The notes under the pieces: model-generated
Databases searched by the model: none
Told to the model about the DNA's origin: nothing
What the model saw: the letters and a program-made list of their open reading frames with translations, nothing else
Shown: positions 18,078-27,067 of the stretch, in pieces
Numbering within the stretch: position 1 is the stretch's first letter
Layout of the letters: each line of letters opens with the position of its first letter
Made by a program: the position numbers and the translations under genes
NCBI GenBank assembly: GCA_050115495.1
Contig: JASFQK010000046.1
Coordinates: 1-46,389 of the forward strand
DNA length: 46,389 bases
From: Phycisphaerae bacterium
GTDB taxonomy: Bacteria; Planctomycetota; Phycisphaerae; UBA1845; Fen-1342
Direction: 5' to 3'

Positions 18078-19066
18078 CGCGCTGGATCACGGCCGAGCCG
18101 AGCGCGCTGGAGTTCTTCCAGGTGCTGCACCTGGTCGAGCGCACCGTGCGCGAGCGAGCGGCCCTGGGCCAGCAGGAGGCGGTGCGTGAGGCCCTGCGCC
18201 TGCGGCCGGCGCTGAGCCTGGGCTTTCCGGCAGCGGACTTGCAGGGGGCGGAGTGGCTGGACGAGGGGCCGGACGAGGGGCGGCTGCGGCTGACGACGAC
18301 ATTCCTGGGGCTGTACGGCAGCGATTCGCCGCTGGCCAGTCACTTCACCGAGGGGCTGCTGGCCGAGGACGAAGAGAGCCAGCGGGTGCGGGAGTTCCTG
18401 GATCTCTTTCACCACCGGCTGTTGTCGTTGCTGTACCGCGTGTGGAAGAAGTACCGGTACCACGTCACGTTCACGCCCGAGGCGAAGGACCAGATTTCGC
18501 AGGTCATCCTGGGTTTCCTGGGGCTGGGGACGGCGGGGCTGTCCGAGCGGATGGACGTGCCGGCGGTGCGGCTGTTTCGTTATGCGGGGCTGCTGGCGCA
18601 GCGGCCGCGGTCGGCGTGCGGGTTGCGCGGCGTGTTGCGCGACTACTTCCCCGACGTGCCGTGCGAGGTGGAGCAGTGCATCGGTCGGTGGCTGCCGATC
18701 GAGGAGGGTGACCGCAACCGGCTGGGGTCGCGGAAGTGCTCGCTGGGGCAGAACTTCCTGCTGGGCGAGCGGGTGCACGATCACAGCGGCAAGTTCCGCG
18801 TGCGTCTTGGGCCGGTGGGCTACGAGCATTACGTGCGGTTTCTGCCGCCGGGGGATGAGGCGGCACAGTTGCGCGAACTGGTGCGGTTCTACTGCGCCGA
18901 TCCGCTGGCGTACGACGTCGAGGTGATCCTGCGCGGCGACGAGGTGCCGGAGACGCCGCTCAGCGGGACGGGTATGCTGGGACGGCTGTCCTGGACGACG
19001 TGGCTGAAATCGCAGCCGGCGACGGATCAGGCGGTCGTCTTCGGCGAGGTGGCGGCGGCGCGCTAG
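18041..19066 (+). CDS. tssG: T6SS baseplate subunit TssG
   Basis: EFFQVLHLVE, SLGFP, FLGLYGSDSPL, FLDLFHHRLLSLLYRVWKKYR, LG...LGERV, LSWTTWL. GTG 18041 after GAGAGG overlaps the tssF end. Confidence 0.93.
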   Translation: MAAPAWSAEHPLTRWITAEPSALEFFQVLHLVERTVRERAALGQQEAVREALRLRPALSLGFPAADLQGAEWLDEGPDEGRLRLTTTFLGLYGSDSPLASHFTEGLLAEDEESQRVREFLDLFHHRLLSLLYRVWKKYRYHVTFTPEAKDQISQVILGFLGLGTAGLSERMDVPAVRLFRYAGLLAQRPRSACGLRGVLRDYFPDVPCEVEQCIGRWLPIEEGDRNRLGSRKCSLGQNFLLGERVHDHSGKFRVRLGPVGYEHYVRFLPPGDEAAQLRELVRFYCADPLAYDVEVILRGDEVPETPLSGTGMLGRLSWTTWLKSQPATDQAVVFGEVAAAR

Positions 19067-19166
19067 GCGCCGGCCGATCTGTGTAGTAAGAGCAAGGTTT
19101 CGGGGCGGCCGAGTGCCGGTTGCGCCGACAAGCGCCCATCCGGGCACACATCGCGGAGAGCAAGGA

Positions 19167-21872
19167 ATGGCAAACGTGGACATGAAGCTCCTGCGGCAGC
19201 AGTTGAACAACGTCTGCACCCGTGCCCTGGAGGCCGCGGCGGGGACGTGCATCAGCCGCACGCACTACGAAATCACCGTCGAGCACGTGCTGGCCCCGTT
19301 GCTCGATATGGAAGGCTGCGACCTGCTGTGCATCTGCGAGCACTTCAAGGTGGACACGGGCAAGCTGCGGCAGGCCATCAACCGCTACCTCGAAGAGGTG
19401 AAGGTCGGCAACAGCGGCCGGCCGCAGTTCTCGCCGTTCCTGGCGGACTGGCTGGGCGACGCCTGGCAGATCGGCTCGCTGGAGCTGGCGCAGGGGCGGA
19501 TCCGCTCCGGGGCGATGGTGCTCTCGCTGCTGCGCACGCCGAACCGGGCGTACTTCACCGACTACACGAAAGAGCTGGAGAAGATCAACGCCGGCGAGCT
19601 GAAGGTGAAGTTCGCCGACATCACGGCGTCGTCGAGCGAGAACCTGGCGGCGCGGCCCGGTGCGGCGGCGCCGGCGGCAGGAGCAGCGGTGGCCGGCACC
19701 GGCGAGGCGCTGACGCAGTTCACGAACGACCTCACCGCCCGGGCCCGCGAAGGCCGGGTCGATCCGGTCATCGGCCGCGAGCGGGAGATCCGCCAGTGCG
19801 TCGATATTCTGATGCGCCGTTTCCAGAACAACCCGTTGATCCTGGGCGAGCCGGGCACGGGCAAGACGGCGATCGTCGAGGGGCTGGCCCTGCGCATCGC
19901 CGCCGGCGACGTGCCGCCCGTGCTCCAGGGCATCACGCTGCTGAACCTGGACGTGGGCCTGCTCAGCGCCGGAGCGTCGGTGAAGGGCGAGTTCGAGCGG
20001 CGGCTGAAATCGGTGATCCAGGAAGTCGGGGCGTCGAACGCCGCCGGCAAACCCATCATTCTGTTCATCGACGAAGCGCACACGCTCATCGGCGGTGGCG
20101 GCGGCGGGACGGATGCGGCGAACCTGCTGAAGCCGGCCCTGGCTCGCGGCGAATTGCGAACCATCGCGGCGACGACCTACGCCGAACACAAGAAGTACAT
20201 CGAGAAGGACCCGCCGTTCGCGCAGCGCTTCGGCGTGATTCGGCTGGACGAGCCGTCGGTGCCGGTGTGCGTCGACATGCTGCGCGGGACGAAGGACAAG
20301 TTCGAGGGGCACCACAAGGTGCGCATCCTGGACGACGCCGTCTGTGCGGCGGTGGCCATGTCCAACCAATACCTGTCGGAGACGCAGTTGCCGCGGAAGG
20401 CGGTGTCGCTGCTGGATACGGCGTGCGCCCGCGTGGCGGTGGCCATGAGCTCGACGCCGGGGCCGCTGGAGGACGTGCGGCGGCGGATCATCCAACTCGA
20501 AGTGGCCATCAGGGCCATCGAGCGTGACGTTGAGGCCGGCAACCCGCACGACCCCGACGCCCTCGCCAAGCTGAAAGAGGAGCACGACCAGCGCCAGGCC
20601 GAGTACAGCGAGATCGAGGCCACCTGGAAGCAGGAGAAGGAGCTGGCCGAGAAGGTGCTGGGTTTGCGGACCGAGCTCGAGAGCGCGGCGCCGGCCGAGA
20701 CTCCGCCCGTGGCACCACCGGAGGCCGTCCCGCCGGCCGAAGCGCCCGCCGAGGGTGCGCCGCCGGCGGCGGAGAAGCGTCCCGCCACGGAGATTCGCGC
20801 CGACCTCGACCAGGCGACGGACAAGCTGGGCGAGTTCGTCGGCCGGCGGTCGCCGATGGTGCCGCTCCAGGTCGACTCCGACATCGTCGCCCAGGTGCTC
20901 AGCGACTGGACCGGCATTCCGGCGGGGAACATGGTCAAGGACCAGGCTCAGGCCATCCTCCAGTTCGAGAACCGCATCAGCGAGCGGGTCATCGGTCAGG
21001 ACCACGCCATGTCCGAGATCGGCAAACGCCTGCGCATCGCCGCCAGCAAGATGCAGGATCCGGCGCTGCCGCTGGCGGTGTTCCTGCTGGTGGGGCCGTC
21101 GGGTACGGGCAAGACCGAGACGGCGCTGGCCGTCGCCGACCTGATCTTCGGCGGCGACCGCTTCATGACCAGCATCAACATGACCGAGTACTCGAGCTCG
21201 ATGAACGTCAGCCGGCTGATCGGCTCGGCGCCCGGCCTGGTCGGTTTCGGCGAGGGCGGCGTGCTGACCGAGGCGGTGCGCCAGCGGCCCTACAGCGTCG
21301 TGCTGCTCGACGAAATGGAAAAGGCGCACATGGACGTGAACCTGCTCTTCATGCAGGTGTTCGACAAGGGGCAGCTCACCGACGCCGAAGGCCGGACCGC
21401 CGACTTCAAGAACACGGTCATCATGATGACCAGCAACGAAGGCAGCAACATGGTCATGGACATGTGCGCCGACGGAGAGATGCCCTCGCTCGACGAGCTG
21501 CGCAAGGGCATGCAGCCCGCGCTCGAACAGCGCTTCTCGCCGGCGTTCGTCGGCCGTACGACCGTGATTCCGTACTACCCGCTCGGGCCGGATGTGCTGC
21601 GCAAGATCGTCGATCTGAAGATGCGCAAGATCCGCCGCCGGTTGCTGGAGACGTACAAGCTCAACCTCGAGCTCACGCCGGCGGTCGGCGACGAGATCAG
21701 CAATCGTTGCCAGCAGATCACGATCGGTGCCCGTCTCATCAACCTCATCATCAACGAGACGGTGCTGCCCGAAATCGCCCGCCGCGTGCTCGAAATCCTG
21801 GGCTCAGAGGCGAAGTACGATAAGCTCGTTATCGATGCGCGGGATGGTGAGTTTGTGTACGATTTTGCGTGA
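19167..21872 (+). CDS. tssH: T6SS AAA+ ATPase TssH (ClpV)
   Basis: ClpV-type N-terminus (ALEAAAGTCISRTHYEITVEH), QNNPLILGEPGTGKT, GASVKGEFE, DEAH, AVSLLDTACARV, GPSGTGKTETA, DEMEKAH. Confidence 0.93.
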   Translation: MANVDMKLLRQQLNNVCTRALEAAAGTCISRTHYEITVEHVLAPLLDMEGCDLLCICEHFKVDTGKLRQAINRYLEEVKVGNSGRPQFSPFLADWLGDAWQIGSLELAQGRIRSGAMVLSLLRTPNRAYFTDYTKELEKINAGELKVKFADITASSSENLAARPGAAAPAAGAAVAGTGEALTQFTNDLTARAREGRVDPVIGREREIRQCVDILMRRFQNNPLILGEPGTGKTAIVEGLALRIAAGDVPPVLQGITLLNLDVGLLSAGASVKGEFERRLKSVIQEVGASNAAGKPIILFIDEAHTLIGGGGGGTDAANLLKPALARGELRTIAATTYAEHKKYIEKDPPFAQRFGVIRLDEPSVPVCVDMLRGTKDKFEGHHKVRILDDAVCAAVAMSNQYLSETQLPRKAVSLLDTACARVAVAMSSTPGPLEDVRRRIIQLEVAIRAIERDVEAGNPHDPDALAKLKEEHDQRQAEYSEIEATWKQEKELAEKVLGLRTELESAAPAETPPVAPPEAVPPAEAPAEGAPPAAEKRPATEIRADLDQATDKLGEFVGRRSPMVPLQVDSDIVAQVLSDWTGIPAGNMVKDQAQAILQFENRISERVIGQDHAMSEIGKRLRIAASKMQDPALPLAVFLLVGPSGTGKTETALAVADLIFGGDRFMTSINMTEYSSSMNVSRLIGSAPGLVGFGEGGVLTEAVRQRPYSVVLLDEMEKAHMDVNLLFMQVFDKGQLTDAEGRTADFKNTVIMMTSNEGSNMVMDMCADGEMPSLDELRKGMQPALEQRFSPAFVGRTTVIPYYPLGPDVLRKIVDLKMRKIRRRLLETYKLNLELTPAVGDEISNRCQQITIGARLINLIINETVLPEIARRVLEILGSEAKYDKLVIDARDGEFVYDFA

Positions 21873-21894
21873 CGGGAGGAAGGCAACCAGGCAA

Positions 21895-22150
21895 CCCCTT
21901 CGACTGCGCTCAGGGTGCCGAGGCAACGAGGCAAAGATAGGCGTAACGACGTCCGCTCGGTGCCCGGGCGTTGTAGATCGCGGGAAAAGTGCCCGGTGTG
22001 CCACTGCTCTTGAGCAGTGCATTCCGGAAGCGGAGGAAGCACTCGGTTGTCAGTAACCGCCCGCGGACCATTGTCCCCCGCAGATGTGGGCAGCATCGGA
22101 TGTCCAACGCCTGCTCGCCGGCTGTTGTGGCACAGGCCAATGGCCTGTGG
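21895..22150. repeat. REP-like palindromes between convergent tssH and queC
   Basis: cccttcgactgcgctcaggg, gccactgctcttgagcagtgc and cacaggccaatggcctgtg. The second resembles gcactggtggacaagccaccagtggc at 192-217. Confidence 0.5.
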
Positions 22151-22174
22151 ATCGGCCGTATTGGAACGACGCCA

Positions 22175-22870
22175 TCAGTCCGCGTACGGTGCCGGATCGG
22201 GGAGGGATAGCCGGGCGAACGCCGCCAGGCGGAGGCGACAACTGTCACAACGGCCGCACGCTCGGCCGGCGGCGTCGGGGTCATAACAGCTTCGCGTGAG
22301 ACCGTAATCGACGCCCAACTCCATCCCCCGGCGAATGATCTCGTGCTTGGCCAGCGTCAGCAGGGGGGCATGAATCCGCAGCCGCCGGCCTTCGACCGCC
22401 GCCCGCGTGGCGAGATTGGCCATGCGCTCGAACGCGGCGACGTACTCGGGCCGGCAATCGGGGTAGCCGCTGTAATCCACCGCATTAACGCCGATGAAGA
22501 TGTCGCCGGCGCCGGCCACCTCGGCCAGCGCCAGGGCGTAGGCGAGGAAGATCGTGTTGCGGGCGGGCACGTACGTGATGGGGATCTCGCCCGGGGCGGG
22601 CTCGTGGTCCTTGGGCACGGGCTCGTCGCCGGTGAGGGCCGAGCCGCCGAACGCCCGCAGGTCGATGTCCAGCACGCGATGCTCGACGGCGCCGAGGGCC
22701 GTTGCGATTCGACGGGCGGCGTCGATCTCGACGGCGTGCCGCTGGCCGTAGCGGAAGCTGAGCGCGTGCGGGGCGAACCCCTCGGCCCGGGCGATGGCCA
22801 GCACGGTGGCGCTGTCCAGGCCGCCGGAGAGAAGGACGATCGCGGGCGGGTGGGGGCTGGCAGCGGTCAT
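22175..22870 (-). CDS. queC: 7-cyano-7-deazaguanine synthase
   Basis: [39 protein letters not shown]...[10 protein letters not shown]. Confidence 0.97.
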   Translation of the reverse strand: MTAASPHPPAIVLLSGGLDSATVLAIARAEGFAPHALSFRYGQRHAVEIDAARRIATALGAVEHRVLDIDLRAFGGSALTGDEPVPKDHEPAPGEIPITYVPARNTIFLAYALALAEVAGAGDIFIGVNAVDYSGYPDCRPEYVAAFERMANLATRAAVEGRRLRIHAPLLTLAKHEIIRRGMELGVDYGLTRSCYDPDAAGRACGRCDSCRLRLAAFARLSLPDPAPYAD

Positions 22871-22883
22871 GCGGTCACGGCGT

Positions 22884-23699
22884 TCAATCGTCGTTGTCGG
22901 TGGCGGTCTCGGCTTCGAGGTCGGGGACGGCGACTCGTTCGATGTGGGTGGCTCGGCCGGTGTCGGGCTCGACGTCGACCATCACGCCGCACAGGCGGGC
23001 ATCCGCCGTGGCGACGTGGTACGGGTGCGGCATGTTGGTGACGAGCGAGCGGACGACGGCCTGCTTGTCGCGACCGAGGACGGAGTCGTACGGTCCGGTC
23101 ATGCCGACGTCGGTGATGTAGGCGGTGCCCTTGGGCAGGACACGCTCGTCAGCGGTCTGCACGTGCGTGTGCGTGCCGAAGACGGCCGAGACGCGGCCGT
23201 CGAGATACCAGCCCATGGCGACCTTCTCGCTGGTCGTCTCGGCGTGCATATCGACGACGATCGTTTTCACATTCTGCGGCACGAGGCCGAGCACGCGGTC
23301 GACGGCGTGGAACGGGCAGTCGGCGCGGACGTTCATGTACGTCCGGCCAAGCAGCGAGATGATGGCGACGCGGTGCCCGTTACGGGCCTCGACGATCGCG
23401 AGTTCGCGGCCGAGTGCCTCGGGCGGATAGTTCGCCGGCCGCACGATGCGCGACTCGCTACCCAGCAGCGGGAGGATGTCCCGCCGGCGGTAGATGTGGT
23501 CGCCCATCGTGCAGGCGTCGATGCCGTAGTGGCGGAGCTTGGCGAACATGGCGGGGGTAAGGCCGCTGCCGTCGGAAGCGTTTTCGGCATTGGCCACGAC
23601 GAATTCGACACCGTGATCACGGACGAGCCGGGGGATGACCTGCGAACAAGCGTGCTTGCCCGGCCGGCCGACGATGTCGCCGATGAGTAACAAACGCAT
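22884..23699 (-). CDS. YmdB/TIGR00282-type metallophosphoesterase
   Basis: [45 protein letters not shown]. Confidence 0.93.
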   Translation of the reverse strand: MRLLLIGDIVGRPGKHACSQVIPRLVRDHGVEFVVANAENASDGSGLTPAMFAKLRHYGIDACTMGDHIYRRRDILPLLGSESRIVRPANYPPEALGRELAIVEARNGHRVAIISLLGRTYMNVRADCPFHAVDRVLGLVPQNVKTIVVDMHAETTSEKVAMGWYLDGRVSAVFGTHTHVQTADERVLPKGTAYITDVGMTGPYDSVLGRDKQAVVRSLVTNMPHPYHVATADARLCGVMVDVEPDTGRATHIERVAVPDLEAETATDNDD

Positions 23700-23800
23700 G
23701 AACAGACTTTCTAGCCCGGGGGGGTTCGGCAAGATTACCCCGCGGGAATCAGGCTCGCACTATAACACGATCCGCGCCGCGCTGACCACCGCGCGGCTTC

Positions 23801-24682
23801 CTACCGGCCCGTCGGGGCGTCGCGGGCCGGAGCCGGCGGCACCGTGGCCGTCGCGGCGTCGAACGAACGAATCAGGCTCACCAAGCCCCGGCGATTGCGT
23901 TCCAGGCATCTCGTATCGCTCGAACCGCGGGGCAGTTCGAGCGTAATCGTTGGGATACCCTCGTCGCGGCCAAGCCAGCTCCCGAAGCTGCCTGGCGTGG
24001 GATAGCCGATGTCGCCGGTGGACGGATAGCCGTTGTGCTGGCCGAGGAGATCGGCGAGATCACGACCTGGGCCGTCGTAGTTGTTGCACTGCCGGCCGCC
24101 GGAGATGGCGTGGATCGAAACGGCCACGTCGGGCCGGACCGTGTCGATGGCTCGGCGGATGGCGACGGTCTCGGGCTCGCTGGCGGCGTGTGAGCCGTGA
24201 TTGAGCCGGCGGCTCTTCGTCGGTCGCCAGTTCGCCGCGGGGAAGTTGCGGTTGAGGTCGACGCGGTTGACGTTGGTGCGCGTGTGGTGGACGCGGCCGT
24301 CGGGGTTGGCGTTGGGCAGGATACCGACGGTGCGGTTGCGGCAGGTCTCCGGGTGCGCCCGCAGAAAGGCGAGGAGTGCTTCGGCGAGATCGACCGAGTT
24401 GGGCTCATCGCCGTGAATGCCGGCCATGATGAAGATGGCCGGGTGGCCGTCGCCGAAAATGGACAGGGTGAGCGGTCGGCCCTCGACGGAGTGGCCGACG
24501 ACCACCTGCCGTTCCGGCGGCGGGAGCGGTTTTGGTACCGGGGCAGGGCGAACGACGCGGCGTGGCGTCGGGGCCGGCGCCGGGTTTGCGACGATCGGCC
24601 GCGGCGGCGGCCCGGACAGGCGCGAAGCGCACCCCACAGCCATCATCCCCAGCAATCCTGTCAAAACGACCAGTTTCGCCAT
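23801..24682 (-). CDS. M14 zinc carboxypeptidase, murein peptide amidase A-like lipoprotein
   Basis: Lipobox MAVGC, Pro linker, GHSVEGRPL, GIHGDE, NPDG, VDLNRNFP, SEPET, SIH, GYPTPGSFGSW, TLELP. Confidence 0.88.
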   Translation of the reverse strand: MAKLVVLTGLLGMMAVGCASRLSGPPPRPIVANPAPAPTPRRVVRPAPVPKPLPPPERQVVVGHSVEGRPLTLSIFGDGHPAIFIMAGIHGDEPNSVDLAEALLAFLRAHPETCRNRTVGILPNANPDGRVHHTRTNVNRVDLNRNFPAANWRPTKSRRLNHGSHAASEPETVAIRRAIDTVRPDVAVSIHAISGGRQCNNYDGPGRDLADLLGQHNGYPSTGDIGYPTPGSFGSWLGRDEGIPTITLELPRGSSDTRCLERNRRGLVSLIRSFDAATATVPPAPARDAPTGR

Positions 24683-24931
24683 ATCTCTTCCGCGCTCGGA
24701 CCGCGGCAGCCCACCGCCGCCGCACCCGTACCCTACCATCAAGTGGAATATAGGATATCGTCGGTCCGTAAGACAAGCCGACGCAGCTCGTTTCCGGTCG
24801 GTCGTCCTGTCAGATTATGTCGCGAAGAGACTCAGCGTCGTTGGATCCGTTCGCTGACGGCGAAACAGTCGCTCTCCGCTCACTTCGCACGGGGACCGTT
24901 CGTCGGTTCCCCATCACGCGTGCTGCGGCAG

Positions 24932-24949
24932 TTTCACCACGTGGTGAAA
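24932..24949. promoter_or_regulatory. Perfect 18-bp palindrome, candidate operator
   Basis: tttcaccacgtggtgaaa, with an extra half-site gtgaaa at 24962-24967. Confidence 0.5.
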
Positions 24950-25016
24950 TAGGCCTGAGAAGTGAAACTCCTGGCAACGTCCGGATCGAGACGATGCGCG
25001 TCTGACGCCGAGTCCC

Positions 25017-26060
25017 CTACCGCTTCAGCGCCTCCTCCAGTGGCGGGGAGCGGAGGTCGTCGATGGCGGTGCGCGGGGCGGGGCGGTGGGCGGGGGTTTC
25101 GAAGTTCACTCGGCGGAGTTCGTCCCAGTAGCGGCCGGCGTTCGACTCGAAGGCCGCCCGCATCGCCAGCTCGGCGACCAGGCCGAGCATGATCGAGAAG
25201 CAGCCCAGCAGGAAGAACATCAGGCCGACCAACGGCGCCTTGCCCCAGAACGCCACCCACGGGTCCTGCGAGTAGATCGCCTGCACGACCGCGAAACCGA
25301 GGCACAGGACCGTCGCCAGCCACGACCACTGCGTGATCTTGCCGAAGAAGTGCATCGGCTTTGTGCGGTACTTCTGGAGCATGCGCACCAGGACCAGGTC
25401 GACCGCCACCTTGAAGATGCGGCCGTAACCGTACTTGCTCTGGCCGGCGGAACGCGGGTAGTGCTGGACGACGACCTCGCAGATGCGGGCGCCGTGCATC
25501 GAGGTGTACACGGGGATGAAGCGGTGCATTTCGCCGTAGAGGCGGGAATCACGGATGACCTTCGCCCGGTACGCCTTCAGCGTGCAGCCGTAGTCGTGGA
25601 GCTTCACGCCGGTGATCCGGCCGATGAGCCAGTTGGCGACGCGGGAGACGCGGGTACGGAGCCAGGAGTCCTTGCGGTCCTTGCGCCAGCCGCTGACCAC
25701 GTCGTAGTCGCCCTCTTCGAGCTTGTCGCAGAGGCGCTCGATCTCTTCCGGCGGGTTCTGACCGTCGCCGTCGAGCGGCACGATGATGCGCCCGCGGGCG
25801 GCCCAGAAGCCGGCCATGAGGGCGGCGGTCTGACCGAAGTTACGGGCGAAGTGAATGACCCGCAGGCGGGCGTCCTGCGTGGCGATCTGGTCGAGCAATC
25901 CGCCGGTGCGGTCGCGGCTGCCATCGTTGACGGCGATCAGCTCGAACGGGCGGCGTTGGCGGGAGAGCACGTCCAGGAAGTGGGGCAGAACGGTCAGGAC
26001 GCTCTGCTCCTCCTGGTATACCGGTACCACGACGGACAGCTCGGGTTGATCGGGGCGCAT
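25017..26060 (-). CDS. GT2 glycosyltransferase (ArnC/DPM1-like)
   Basis: LSVVVPVYQE, VNDGSRD, RNFGQTAAL, DGDGQNPP, DYGCTLKAY, HRFIP, two C-terminal TMs. Confidence 0.93.
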   Translation of the reverse strand: MRPDQPELSVVVPVYQEEQSVLTVLPHFLDVLSRQRRPFELIAVNDGSRDRTGGLLDQIATQDARLRVIHFARNFGQTAALMAGFWAARGRIIVPLDGDGQNPPEEIERLCDKLEEGDYDVVSGWRKDRKDSWLRTRVSRVANWLIGRITGVKLHDYGCTLKAYRAKVIRDSRLYGEMHRFIPVYTSMHGARICEVVVQHYPRSAGQSKYGYGRIFKVAVDLVLVRMLQKYRTKPMHFFGKITQWSWLATVLCLGFAVVQAIYSQDPWVAFWGKAPLVGLMFFLLGCFSIMLGLVAELAMRAAFESNAGRYWDELRRVNFETPAHRPAPRTAIDDLRSPPLEEALKR

Positions 26061-26187
26061 CGGCGCTTCCTGGCGGACGTCGCCCGGCCGGGGTCCGCGC
26101 CCGCCGCGCCGACCCTACCCACGCCGGGGATCGAAGCAGTATACTCCCGCCAGACCCGAAAGACACACGGAATCGCGAGGCGCAGCG

Positions 26188-26676
26188 ATGGCAGAGTCGG
26201 CGGAAGTGGCGGTGCTGATGGGCAGCCGGAGCGATTGGGCGACGATGGAAGTCGCCGTCCGGACGCTGGCAGAGTTCGGCGTAAGCTGCGAGGCGCGGGT
26301 ATTATCGGCGCATCGCACGCCGGCGGAGACCGCGGCGTTCGTCCGGGAGGCGGAGGCGGGGGGGACGAGAGTGTTCATCGCCGGCGCCGGCATGGCGGCC
26401 CATCTGGCGGGGGCGGTGGCGGCGCACACGACGCGGCCGGTGCTGGGGGTGCCGCTGGCGGCGTCGACGCTGGGTGGGCTGGACGCGCTGCTGGCGACCG
26501 TGCAGATGCCGCCGGGGATCCCCGTCGGAACGATGGCCGTCGGTGAGGCCGGGGCGCGGAACGCGGCGCTGTTGGCGGTGGCGATCCTGGGCGTGCAGCG
26601 GCCGGAGCTGTACGAGGCGCTGGCGGCGTGGCGGAAGAAGCAGGCGGAGAAAGTTCTGGCGACGAAGCTGGCCTGA
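26188..26676 (+). CDS. purE: N5-carboxyaminoimidazole ribonucleotide mutase
   Basis: [44 protein letters not shown]. Confidence 0.97.
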   Translation: MAESAEVAVLMGSRSDWATMEVAVRTLAEFGVSCEARVLSAHRTPAETAAFVREAEAGGTRVFIAGAGMAAHLAGAVAAHTTRPVLGVPLAASTLGGLDALLATVQMPPGIPVGTMAVGEAGARNAALLAVAILGVQRPELYEALAAWRKKQAEKVLATKLA

Positions 26677-27067
26677 CGGGGCCGCTGCGGGGGACAAGCA
26701 CATTCGGGACCGCGCTCGGCGCGAGGTGGGGCTTCCTAGGGGACTTGACCATTCCGTACAATTCTGGCGCGCTGGGGCCGGACGGAAACGCGTCAGCCGC
26801 GGGAGGCGATCCGTGGTTCGTGAGTGCCAGGACGGCCGGCCGCCACAATCCGGGGTTCACGGCGGTTGCGTGCCCTGGAGCGGGGGGCTACACTCTGCCC
26901 CCGTATCGGAGAACGGAACCCCGCGATGGTCTCATTCATCCATAACGACCGTCGGGATTAATGGTGGTTCGATTGGATGGCCGGGTGACGCTGTGCGTTT
27001 GTCGCCCCGGTCGGGGCGTCGGCGAGCGGTTGGGTTGTCGGCGCACCGCGTGTAAGGAGATCCCCGA

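Noticed and set aside
19167..21872. Calling the ATPase ClpB
   Set aside because: It has ClpV-type N-terminus, GASVKGEFE loop and LLDTACARV, and sits directly after tssEFG.
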